Shown here: piece after piece, positions 13,101 through 24,700 of the stretch
Layout of the letters: every line of letters begins with the position of its first letter
How positions within the stretch are numbered: position 1 is the first letter of the stretch
DNA from: Azolla caroliniana
Lineage: Eukaryota; Plantae; Polypodiophyta
NCBI GenBank assembly: GCA_043228905.1
Contig: JBHGNT010000015.1
Coordinates: forward strand, 5,332,001-5,396,000
Direction: 5' to 3'
DNA length: 64,000 nucleotides
Program-made: the position numbers and the translations under genes
Notes under the pieces: model-generated
Databases searched by the model: none
What the model was told of the DNA's origin: nothing
The model's input: the letters and a program-made list of their open reading frames with translations, nothing else

Positions 13101-14382
13101 ACACAATCACATACCAGCAAAACAATAGTTACCTGAATCTTATTTCTAATTGTTGTAACAGCAGAAGTAACTTTGCTCTCCATTGCAGAAGCCATTGTGG
13201 CTTTCTGTAAATCAATCTTAAAAAATGCCAATGTCTCACAGGCTTCATGGACATTTTTTAGCATATAGCTAACCAATGTCTCACCTGTATCATCGACATT
13301 GGCTTTCCTTGGGTGTCGGTGTGGTGTATGCCCCCGGTCTTGCTGGGAGTCGGCAGTTGCATCAACAGCTGCCATGCTCCAAAATCTGTCTATTTTTTGT
13401 GCCAAGGTCCCCATCTTTCGACATCTTTTTACCGATGCCTCACCATAGACTGCCCAAGCTACCCTATACATTTCAGGGTCTCTAGATTCCTTCGATGTTT
13501 TGCAGTACTCATATGCAAATGCTCTAGCAAATGAAACTGACAACTCATTGTTGACTGGGATCTCCTGATGAACTTTCTGGTGCAGTCTCATGCAGTCATC
13601 GTACAAGTCGGCTCGTACATGCTTCAGCTTGACCTTGCCTTTGACTCTAGGCACTGTATATACTGTCATCCAGTCTATATCACTGATCAATTTATCACTT
13701 AGGACAGCAGGGTCAACACCCTCGAGTGACAGACCATAGGTGTTGTGGAAGTCCTCCTTTGTCTCGCAAAATTTTGCGAAGTTTAGCACTCTCGTATACG
13801 GAGGAACAAGCCATCTAAAATATCATTTCAGAAATCAGAAATAGTGCAAAATCAGAATATGTGAGAATCAAAAACCCCAATCAACAACAACAAAAATGGT
13901 GCAAAATCTTTAACTTAGCAAATCAGAAACCCTAATCATAATTTGTATTCAGAAATTTGAAATCAGAAACCCTAATCAAAATCTGTAATCAGAAGTTTGT
14001 AACCAGAAACCTTATTCAGAAATTCTAATCAGAAATTTATAATCAAAAACCCTAATCAGAAATTTCAATCAGAAACCCTAATCAAAAATTTCAATCACAA
14101 ACCCTAATCAGAAATCCTAAGCAGAAATTTATAAACAAAAACCCTATTCAGAAATTCTAATCAGAAATTTATAATCAAAAACCCTAATCAGAAATTTCAA
14201 TCACAAACCCTAATCAGAAATTTCAATCACAAACCCTAATCAGAAATTCTAATAAGAAATTTATAAACAAAAACCCTAATCAGAAATTTCAATCAGAAAC
14301 CCCAATCATCACTAAAGACAGGATTAAACACAAAAAAAGTAATATAAACACACCTGTTGCTACTCCCCGATTTGCGAGACAT
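10133..14382 (-). CDS. Cargo gene: unknown N-terminal domain + coiled coil + RING-H2 finger + acidic tail with basic NLS-like patch (574 aa)
   Basis: Exons 14382-14354, 13814-13133, 13054-12911, 12826-12493 and 10668-10133 join via GT-AG introns into 1725 nt with no stops (the 12826 acceptor is the least certain). RING pattern is CIAC-x17-CNHTYHLLC-x10-CLGDC. The C-terminus contains RKRLKKGPR. Confidence 0.75.
10690..12480. repeat. Second intronic TAGCTAATTAGCTA satellite with higher-order units
   Basis: Fills intron 12492-10669 of the RING gene; palindrome interspersed with CTAGGA, GCCAG and TTTACxCAACTATGGTAG spacers. Confidence 0.97.
13905..14310. repeat. AATCAGAAACCCT / telo-box (AAACCCTAA) tandem array in first coding intron of RING gene
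   Basis: About ten AAACCCTAA(T) or near-match copies alternating with AATCAGAAATTT units. Confidence 0.85.
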
Positions 14383-14836
14383 CCTTGTATGGGACTCCAA
14401 GGACTTCGCCCTATTCGATTTTGGGGAAATATGAATCGGCACCAAAGTTCAGACAGTAGTCAAAAAGAAAAAACAAATGTTTGGGGTTTCTGTAACTGAA
14501 ACATACCTGGACGATGATCGAGCGGGTTCTGTGTTGTAGCTCTCAATCTGCAATGTCGATTTTTTGCTGTTGCGGGAGCTACGTCTGCGTTCGTGCTCTA
14601 AGTACTCCATCTGCGTTCAAAATCAGACTTAGGCTAAACAGGAAATTGATGACATTGAAGTCGACCTTAGATGATGGTGATATTCCCCAAGTTCCACTAC
14701 GTCTGAAACAGAAGTTCAAATATTTGAGTTTTTTCATAAATTAGTTTTTCAAATATTTGATTTTCCCACAAAAAAGACTAGCTAAACAAATAGCTAATTA
14801 GCTATGGCCATTTTAGTAGCTAATTAGCTATAATAG

Positions 14837-14861
14837 TGTTTCCACTCGCATGCTTTTACCC
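14837..14861 (-). repeat. Right TIR of Sola2-type element
   Basis: Inverted match to 3008-3032, followed by TSD TGAT. Confidence 0.95.
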
Positions 14862-14898
14862 TGATACACTATTTGTTCAACATTGTTTTAAGCTTCAT
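14862..14898 (+). pseudogene. Continuation of the old Sola2 transposase (DTLFVQHCFKLH), then truncated
   Basis: Same peptide as in the intact transposase after DDKKH. Confidence 0.85.
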
Positions 14899-15055
14899 CG
14901 TTCTCCTCAACTTCTTGTTGTAGTCCCATCTGTCTCCTTACTGTTCCAAAGCGGTGATCTAGGAGTGGCTTCAGCACGCAATCTACGATGTTCGCCTCTG
15001 TATCGACCTTCCGGATTTTGAGCTTTTTGTCGGTGACAAGCTCCTGTATATGATC
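14899..15055 (-). mobile_element. Copia RNase H C-terminal fragment
   Basis: HIQELV..KIRKVDTEANIVDCVLKPL..RF resembles the Copia pol end (HFIRE..I.T..N.AD.LTKPL). Confidence 0.65.
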
Positions 15056-16778
15056 CTTATGGGAAAAGGGGAACATCATTACAATGGCTAGCCCCCAAAA
15101 ACAAACATCAACACTCCCCTTTTATAGTCCTTATGGGGAAAGGGGAGCATCATTACAATGGGAGGACCCTGAAACTCCTCTCCTGTCAGAGAGGAATCTC
15201 TAACACAATCTTCCTCTTAACTACCCCCTTCTTTCCCTCCTACATATGCCTTAAAGTACACAATACATTCTACTTTCATGTCCCTTTTCTCAATCTCTAT
15301 TTAACTTCCTACCCACACTTTGTTTCCCTCCTTTCCTAATATGCATGACCATAAATCCCCTTTGTGTGTGCTCATGTACACATGCCCATTTTTCTCCTGG
15401 CTATGGTGGATTTTCTTGCCATTGCCGAAAATCTTCGCGACATCCACCCCCACATCCTTCGGTATGTGCCAATGAAGGGGAAGAGGTGAGATTTTGGCAA
15501 CAATGATCAATCGGCCCCTTCTGCTTCTACATCGATCTAGTTCTCGTTTGGTTGTCTGTCCCCTCCATCGTCACCACCTAAATCCTTCACGTCCATATCC
15601 GGTTCCTCGTCCTTCAGCTTCTTGAAGATCTTGATCAGCTTCCCTACAATTGGCACGACCAACCTCATCCCGTCGAGCTCTGTAAGGTGGTATGTGGCAT
15701 TGTCGTTGGTGCTAGTTACCACATACGATCCGGACCACCTCTTGGCAAACTTTCTGGTCGACTGGAGCTAATTGTCGAGGTTATTGTCGTAAACGAGCAC
15801 CCAATCAATCTCCTTCCTCGATCTTCCTTGACCGGAGTTGGTGCATCTTGTCGAATCAGATCTTGTTCCTCATCCAAGATGCCTTCATCCGTTCTCATTC
15901 TTTCTCTAAATCCTCTAGTCACCTTTCGAGTTGTCGTATCCGCGCGGCCAATAACTCCTCCCAGCTCATCTTGTTCTCCCACAGAATCGTCATCCACGAG
16001 GTGATTGTTCTATCAATCGACATCACCAGCTTTTGTCTAAACATAAGTTTGGATGGCATGTAACCAATCACCGAGTTGTGCGTAGTCCGGTTGGCCCATA
16101 AGGCATAGGGCAATAGACATGCCCAATTTCCAACTCGTTTGTCGCACGCTCACACAATCGCTTTCATAATCGGCCTGTGCCCATGCTCGACTTTCCCGTT
16201 TGCTTCCGGATTGTATGTTGTTGTTATAGGGAGCTTCACACATAGTCGCTCAAACAACCCTAACGTTTCATGCGTGTCTAGTTCCCCTCAGTCGGCCACT
16301 ATCTTCCCTACGTACTCGTATTGGCATATCGACAGGCAATCTCTTCGACCATGAATTTACACACAGTCGCAATCATCTTGTTTGTCAGGGCTCGTCCTTC
16401 TACTTGGCTCATCAGATCCTCTTGTGCGAGCACCAAGTACTTCATTTGGCCTACCCCCATCAGCATCGTGACCAGATAGATCCACCATCCACTTGAAGTG
16501 TTTGGTGAGCGGGTGGGTCGGATGTAGCTCGTCCTGGTGTCGGACACCAAAATGTACTTGACAACTTTCACACGACAATACAAAGTTCTACACATCATTG
16601 TACATACCTAGCCACCAATACTTCTCCTTCAGCTTTTCGAACGTTGCCCACGTCCCTCTATGACTCGAGTAGGGACTCGTGTGAAACTCAAACATTAGCT
16701 CCATCAGATCCGCTTCCTTCGTCACCACTTGCAATGGTGGCCCCGACCGTCTTTTCAGGTGTCGCTAGAGGAACCCTC
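15056..16778 (-). mobile_element. Degenerate Gypsy fragment (integrase, PPT, partial 3' LTR) related to the 20944-36248 family
   Basis: PYALWANRTTHNSV, QLER and VTSTNDNATYHLTELDGMRLVVPIVGKLIKIFKK parallel ORF 34873-35496. The minus strand has a GTGGGGGTGGA-TGTCGC PPT/LTR junction at 15442. Confidence 0.85.
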
Positions 16779-17276
16779 TGTTGGCAATCATATGTAGAAG
16801 AAGATGATTGAGGACATGTCAATCATTGTAGCAAACAACACAAGTAGTGAAGAGGGTGTGCACTCTGATAAGAATCGAGAAGATGAAAGTAGACAGTTGC
16901 ACGAAGAGAGAGAGAGAAAGAGATGTGCTCAAAGAAGACTATTTTCATTTACCTTCGAACTACTTTACAATGCTTAGTCTCCCACTTATATAGTTAGGGT
17001 AACTTAGCCCTAACTGTGAGGACGTGTTTAGACTCATAGCTAAAGGACGGAGAGACGGCCGAATAAGAGCTCAAGCGCTCTACCGAAGCGGCTCGTGACC
17101 CAAGATGGGTGGAAGTAGTCGGCCTTCACCCATTTCAAACTACAAGCCATCGTCACCAACTTGAGGGGGAGGAACCGAGACTACCTCGTAAAGGCCAAAG
17201 AAAGCCAAAGGCCGAACGGAAGCCGATGAAAACCAAAGTGGACGTCATACGCCTCACACTTGAGCTTGAGGGGGCG

Positions 17277-17710
17277 TGTTGAGATATCAAGCTCAACTAG
17301 ATTTAGTTAGTTAGTCAACACACGTAACTTAGTAGTTACCTAGATAGAATCTAGTTAGTGTGTTGACCTTAAAGCCTTAAATAAGATTTTGTACTTGAGT
17401 GGGATACATTGTAGATCCTCCACTCCCATGTTCATTTAATATAGGACTTACACCTTTGTACCTATATTCTACTCACACATGTGCACCTTTGCACATGAGA
17501 TGTATATATACCTCATTATGGGTATTTTTGTATTTGATGATGCTTTTTAATATAGTTAATCATCCCCCATCTTGTCTCGTTGTTCATAAGTGTTCTTTCT
17601 CTCTTCCTCTCACACTCTCATATACTTACACACACATCACATAATCTTCCACTGCTTAATCACATAATTAGGTACTAATTAACCCACACTTAATTACCTA
17701 ATTCTTAACA
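17277..17710 (+). mobile_element. Probable Copia-type 3' LTR (PPT + TG...CA), partner LTR not found
   Basis: CTTGAGCTTGAGGGGGCG immediately precedes TGTTGAG; ends TTCTTAACA. Confidence 0.5.
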
Positions 17711-18699
17711 AGAACAATAAAGCAAAAAGCACTTGAGGAATACAATGCAATCCCTAATTATCTCTGATCCTACACAAAGGCTGAATTTGTACAAAACCTT
17801 ACACGCCACGAGATCGAGAAATAGGATTCTACAAAAGAGAAGCGGAGAGAAGATTAAGGCCAAGATTGCAAAAGGTTACGATTTTTATGTAAGTATTGTA
17901 TTTTGGGTTGATGTATTTTTAATAATACTCATCGAACTAATAATATGTTGCCAATTTGATACCTTACAATGTAGGGCTCAAAAGGTGCAAATGGACAAAG
18001 AAGATGGGAACATCTCAACTACCAGTGGGCATAAGATACAATTTAACTTGGAAGCATACCCGCTGAGTAGAGCCTAAATCCCAGTGAGATGGCTAAAGTT
18101 GGACTCGACCTTATGGGTATGGATTCCATCTGAGTCAGAGGAGGATTATGAAGATGTTGGCTACGATCAAATCGGAGATGGGGAAGTCATCAAATCCGAC
18201 ACGATGACAAATGGAAAGACATTCACCAGGTATTTTGGTTGTACATTCTAGTTTAGTGTCCTAACGATCAACATTCGAAGGGTATTCTCATGTTGTAATA
18301 TTATGACGCAAAATAGATTCCAATTTTTTTGTTGAAGGTTGAATTTGTCAGTTTACATCAGGGAAGGTGAATTGCAATCAATGTGCTCCCACGGAGAGAT
18401 GGCATCGGCATGGTCCATGAATGTCTTCCATATGTGGATGGAATACACCCAACCACAACACATATCCGACCGATATTGGATAGTCGATCCACTTTGGGTC
18501 CAACTATACAATCCGGTCCTCACCGGGAACTGGAACACCAACGAGCGTGAGCGACCATGTGCGGTCCTCACGGGAACTGGAACAACAGGTGAAGAAGTGC
18601 AAGTGAAGCGGTCGACTCAACTTCTTCTTTCATGAGAGCGTAAATAGTCGAGGTTGACCCAAAACACATCACAAACGGTAGCGTTAGCGAGAAACCGAT

Positions 18700-19150
18700 G
18701 CGATCCCCACCAGGAAAGTGAGCAGTTGTGACCCCCACTAGAACTAGAAGGTGAGCGGCCGGAATCAATCCTCATCAAAAGAAAGTGGAGCGAAATGTGG
18801 ACAAAAATGAAAATGGAGTGCAAAGGAGCAATGATTCCACCCCACTAGGAAAGTGAGCGGTTGTAATCCCCACCGGAATTGCGAAGGTGAGCGATCGATG
18901 ATGTTGAAACTTGAACCGAAATGAAAGTGGAGTGCAAGGGAGCAATGATTTGATCCCCTCCAAGAAAGTGAGTAGTTGTAACAACCACCAGAACTGTGAA
19001 GGTGAGCGATCAAAAATCGATCCTCGCCAAAGGAAAGTGAAGTGAAAACTTGAACTGAAATGAAAATGGAGTGCAAACGAGCAATGGTTCAATCCCCGCC
19101 ACGAAAGTGAGCGGTTGTAACCCCCACCAGAACTGTGAAGGTGAGCGATT
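18700..19150. repeat. ~115-140-bp tandem repeat, 4 copies
   Basis: CCCC..GAAAGTGAGCGGTTGTAA.CCCCACCAGAACTGTGAAGGTGAGCGAT recurs at ~18705, 18841, 18955 and 19094. Confidence 0.85.
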
Positions 19151-21750
19151 GATGATGTCGAAGACAAGGCAATGAAGACGATGATGAGGAGGAAGCGTCT
19201 CTAAAACCAAGGATGTTGATGACGGATGGTAACTCTAGAATCAAAGGCGAGACGAAGACGAGTGATGCTTCCAGTTGCAAGGGATTGAAACTGTCACGGA
19301 CACACCAACTTCGCACTACGATGGAGCACAGATGACGAATGTGGAACTAGAAATGACGAGGCTAAAAACTCTAGAAGGTGTGAGTGATGAGACTATGAGC
19401 TTAGGAAGCTATGGAGAGCATGAAGACAAAGATGACGATAGAGACAAGATTGCATGAAACGAGAATACTAGATTGATGTACCAATGACTGGCATTGAATC
19501 CCTTGAAAGGGACCAAGGAGATTACAATTATTTATACAACTTCCGAGCTTGAATATCTCTAGAATATACTCAAGAAATATGTCTAGAATATACCGTACAA
19601 TTTTTCCAGAATATACTACAACTAGAATATTTTAATTCTGAAATGTACTATATGCTAGACTATACAATACTAAACTATTATATACAAATTCATGCTCATA
19701 TCAAAATGGTTGAGTATGACATGTTGTTGATGTGAGGTATACATTGTAGGTTCAATCCTCATCAACTATGTATTTGTTGTCACTGTGTCGTGACACATTG
19801 GGCCATGGATCTTTGCAATTGACCAATGTGGATATCAGATAATACAAAAAGTGAATTCTACTATACATGTTAAGCACAAGTATAAGTAAATATGATAAGA
19901 CTACAATGCCCACTGAAGTGATAGATGTAGAAGCTAGTAAGTTAGATGATACTCTGGCGGAGATTCAAATCAAGTATCATACATGTTTGCGGAGAGGAGT
20001 CCTAAAAGGCAAGCATGTGACTAGATATATGATTGTCATCGCGCAAGTGTGCCTCGACAAGTGGTTGGATGGATGCTCTCGCTTGTGCGACGGTTCAAAG
20101 CGTTATGGATGTAGTTTTCATTTGAATGTAAAGAGTGAATGAAGGGGATAAACATGGGATCATGAGCATTTATGGATGTAGTTTTCATTTTAATGTAAGA
20201 GTGAATGAAGGGGATAAACATGGGATCATGAGCGTTTATGTATATGGATGCCATTCAGGTCATGTCCCAGGAACAAGACCTAACGTGTACCACTTGCCGG
20301 TCCATCCTAATGTAATAGAATGTTGTAAAGATGACCTTTTTTATTTTGGTTGTGCAAGGCATGCTGCACGGATGAGCATGCAAAAAGAAGCATATCACAA
20401 GTCCAAGGCTACTCCATTAGAACTTGTCAGTTTTAGATTATTTATGATACCAAAGGTACATAACATGGCCAATACGTCAAAAATAGCTAGCACATTGTCG
20501 GAAGTTGGTTGGTCTTTGATGATGCAAGATGCCTATGCACTCCGAGATCTAGGCAAAGTGGCACATGCCCAACCATACTTGCCTGGTCCAAATGGGTCTC
20601 CAACTCGACAACCATTTATCGTGATACTTCAAGATAAATGGATGTTAGAAATGTGTGAGCGATTGTCAAAAACAACTCTTGGGTAATCGACTCCAAATTT
20701 AACACTAATCAATTTGGGCTCCCATTATATGCAACAATTGCACCAAATACCATGGGAATAGGGATCCCACTATGGTATATGATTTGTAGTTCTGATAAGG
20801 GCTCAAATCATGAGCAAGTGGCATTAGAAACTTGCTTGAAAGTCATATTCGCTAGGATGCCTAGGGTAAGGCCAAATGCGATAGTCATTGATAAATCTTG
20901 GACATCATATAATGCCATATCTAATGTAATTGCTCAAGACCATTGTCGTGGAGAAAACCGTCCCTAGGCGGAATCGGAGAATAATGTGCGCGAACCGGCC
21001 CTTACACGCGGGCACAAGTTTTGTTGTAATGTACATATTTAGGTACAAGTCGGCTGATGTGAATATCCTAGGTCGCACGGATTTGATAGCTAGGAAATCG
21101 AGTCATATCTCTGTCCGAAATGACAGAGAATAAAGATGATGTAACAAGTTGTAAAAGCCTCCCTCCTTGGGCTATAAAAGAGAGGGAGAGGAATCGTAAA
21201 AGGGATCGCTTTTTGTCGAGGACAAAGTGTTGTCGGACTAGGACCGAGCTCTTCTCCTCCGTCTTTCTCTGTATTTGCGTTGTGCAGGTTTTCGGGAGGC
21301 TGACTGTGCTCCACGGAATGCCCGAGTGCTTCCAGCAGAGTCTCCATCTCGCGTCAGTGTGCGTGTGTGCGTGTGTGCGTGTAGGCGTCAAAGCTTGTCG
21401 CTCACCGGCCCACCGGTTGTAACCCCTTTCATCTTATATATATATATATATATATATATACCCATTCATCTGGTTTCAATCGGTTGCGGTTTCTGTGTAG
21501 TTGTGTGTGTGCGAAGCACGGCCGTTGTCTTTCTTGCTCCCCCTCCTGCTCTCTTGTTCCTCGGTCCAAGACCCCCGTGGTTCCGCCTCGTTCTACACGC
21601 ACGCGCGTAATAACGCAACATAATTGGTGAACCCGACATGAAAAGGCGGCAGAGGAATAGAAAGATGAATGGATCAAAGCTTGCAGAACCCATGGCCTCA
21701 GCTATGGATCGGATAGTGAGTACGCGCGAAGGCATAGGCGCCCTCGATAT

Positions 21751-24700
21751 TGTTGGGAGACAGGTCCCTCCGGATGGGAAGGGAGAAGAACAGTGCCGAC
21801 AAACAATCTCAGCCGAGGCCGAAACCGGAAGAGGAGTACCCGGCTACGGAGAGCTGGATGGTGTAGGCCCGGTGAGAACCGGATGAGGAGCACCCGGCTA
21901 CGGAGAGTTGGATGACGCAGACCTGGTGAGAACCGGAGGAAGAGACATATTCGTAAATATGTTTCTGAGAGCCCATCGAGGCTATATTTGTAAATAGCCG
22001 AAAAGTCATATTAGTATAAATATAACTTAGGGCAAACCTTTAGTTGTTTTTTGTCATTTTTTTTGTTGGTGCAAGAAGAAGAGAGAGCACGTAATAGTGT
22101 ACAGAGAGAGAGAGAGAGAGAGAAAGAGGTCGTTGCCTCTATTGTAACCGCCGCCTGTGGCGAAGATATGTGAGCACGAGGTCGTTGACTCAGTGAACTC
22201 ACTGTTGTACATTCTTACATAGTGACAGTTTGCAGCTTGTGGGCTGCCGTGGTTTTTTCCCCTAGTTTGGGGTTTTCCACGTAAACCTCCTGTGTATCTT
22301 CCTCTTCTTTGTGTCGTGTTTTATTTCCCGTTTTTCTGTGTATCATTCTAAGCTCGGTTGTGGCCGAGCGTTGTGCATAAGGAGCCTTGAGTTCCCGTCA
22401 ATTGGTATCAGAGCAAAATCGACACAGAAAATGGACGAATCGTTTGGCGGCATGTTCAAGCTCACCGGCTCCAACTATTCAGTGTGGAAGTCGAAGATGA
22501 GGGACATGCTCATGGTTAAAGATCTTTGGCTACCGGTTCAATTCGGGGACAAGAGACTGGACAAGATCGACGCCATAATATGGGAGGTGATGCACATGAA
22601 GACAACGGCGTACATACGGTGCTTCATCGACATGAGCCTATACAACAACTTCAATGAAGAGAGCAAGGCTCATGAGCTCTGGGAGAAGATCGGCATAATG
22701 TTTCAGAACAAAAATGTTGTTAATCAGGTGTCGGTATTTCGGAAGCTAGTAAGACTCCGGTACCAAGATGGCTCCAGCATGGCGGAGCACATGAATGCCT
22801 TCTAGGGGCTGATCCACCAGGCAACTTCATTGGAAGTACCTCTCGCCGATGAGGTACTAGCGCTACTCCTGCTCGGTTCCCTCCCGGATAGCTGGGAGAC
22901 GTTGGTTGTCACTTTGGGCAACGCCGGGCCGGAAGGAAAACGGTTATCCCTAGCAAGAGTAAAGTCGAGCTTGCTAGATGAGGAGGCGCATCGGAAGGAT
23001 AAAGATACGAGCTCCGACTCCAAAGCGCTCCTTACCGAATCGGAACGCGGAAGACATAGAAACCGTAGTCCCCAAAACCAGGAGAAGTCGGGGACACGGT
23101 CAAAGTCAAGGGGGAGGCCCACCTGCTTCTATTGCGGCAAGACGGGTCACTTCCAAAAGATTTGTCGGCATTTCCGTAAAGACAAGGAAACCGACGGTAC
23201 CGATTCGAAGCGGACCCCGGATCGGAACGGTAAAGACTGGAGGGGGCCGGACCGGAAGGGAACGACGGCAATCACGGCAAGTGAAGAGGAGTTGATGCTC
23301 ATCATCGAGGAGAGTGAGATAAACCTTGCCGGCGACGAGATGACCTGGGTGGTAGACTCTGGAGCATCGTTCCACCTTACCCCGGACCGGAAATGCTTCT
23401 CATCCTACTCAGCCGGTGATCACGGCTGTGTCCGGATGGGGAATGAAGGTACATGCCGAATTGTCGGCATAGGAGACGTGTGGCTGACAACACCTACCGG
23501 ATGCAAATTGCTGCTAAAGGATGTCCGACACGTTCCGGAGGTTCGTCTGAACCTGATATCAGCCGGCCGGCTAGATGATGAAGGCTACACGAGTAGCATC
23601 CGGAACGGTGTAATGAAGTTCAGCAAAGGGAGCCTGATTGTGGCTCGGGCCCGGAAGGTAAACACATTGTACCTGATGAATGCTCGGTTATGCCCGGAAG
23701 AAGTGAACGTGGCATCCGACACTGCCAGTGAGCTATGGCACAAGAGGATGTGTCATATGAGCGAGAAGGGGATGAAGAGGCTTGCAGACGACAACCTCAT
23801 TCCAGTAAAGAATGTGCACTTAGAGAAGTGCACTTATTGTCTGGCCAGTACACAGAACCGGACCTCCTTCCAACGAAGGCCACCGATGAGACGGAATGCA
23901 CCACTAGAGTTGGTGCATACGGATGTGTGTCAAGTAGACACGAAGTCACATGCCGGAGCGCAGTACTTCATGACGTTCATAGATGACCACAGCAGGAAGT
24001 TGTGGGCCACACCGTTGAAGACGAAGGATCAGGTGTTATCCATCTTCAAAGAGCTCCACGCGAGAGTGGAAAGAGAAACCGGCCGGAAGCTGAAGGCGGT
24101 TCGAGCAGATAACGGAGGAGAGTACCAGGGGCAGTTCGAGGAGTACTGCCGCTCGAAGGGAATCCGGCTCGAATTTACCGTGCTGAAGATGCCAGAACTA
24201 AACGGACTGGCCGAGAGGATGAACCGGACCATAATGCGCCGAGAGGATGAACCGGACCATAATGGAGAGGGTCCGGAGTATGCTAGCGCATGCAAAACTA
24301 CCCAAGAAGTTTTGGGCTGAGGCACTGTCGACGGCGACATACGTGATAAATAGATCACCCTCAGTACCCTTGGACGGAGACACGCCATAGAGAGTGTGGA
24401 CCGGTAAGGAAGTATCCTACCGGCATCTGAAGGTGTTCGGGTGTCTCGCGTACGTGCATGTAGCAAAGGACCGGAGAGGAAAGTTAGACCCAAAGACCCG
24501 GCCATGCATATTCCTCGGTGCTGGCGTACGATTGAGTTCGGCTACCGAGTGTGGGACCCGGTCGACAAGAAGGTATTCCGGAGTCGAGATATTATCTTCA
24601 TGGAGAACAAGACGCTCGCCGACTCGGAGTCGGAGAAGAAGATAATGAACTCCGAGTCGATCGGTAAGGATCGACTCTACGATGAGCAGACCCAACCGGC

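Larger units (their letters stand above)
3008..14861 (+). mobile_element. Intact Sola2-type cut-and-paste DNA transposon with cargo genes (11,854 bp)
   Basis: TIRs are GGGTGAAAGCATGCGAGTGGAAACA (3008-3032) and TGTTTCCACTCGCATGCTTTTACCC (14837-14861), 24/25 complementary. The 4-bp TSD TGAT is at 3004-3007 and 14862-14865. Excision restores DKKHD-TLFVQHCFKLH in the host copy. GRG termini, a 4-bp TSD and DFAENY/SDG/GHGKGxxDG motifs fit Sola2 as I recall it. Confidence 0.88.

Noticed and set aside
16779-17710. Complete small LTR element
   Set aside because: Starts TGTTG and ends TAACA, but there is no matching LTR pair and the flanks (CCCTC / AGAAC) are not a TSD.
14899-17710. Left TIR of the MULE or right end of the old Sola element
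   Set aside because: No reverse complement of 38030-38062 and no Sola-like terminus seen; both are apparently deleted.
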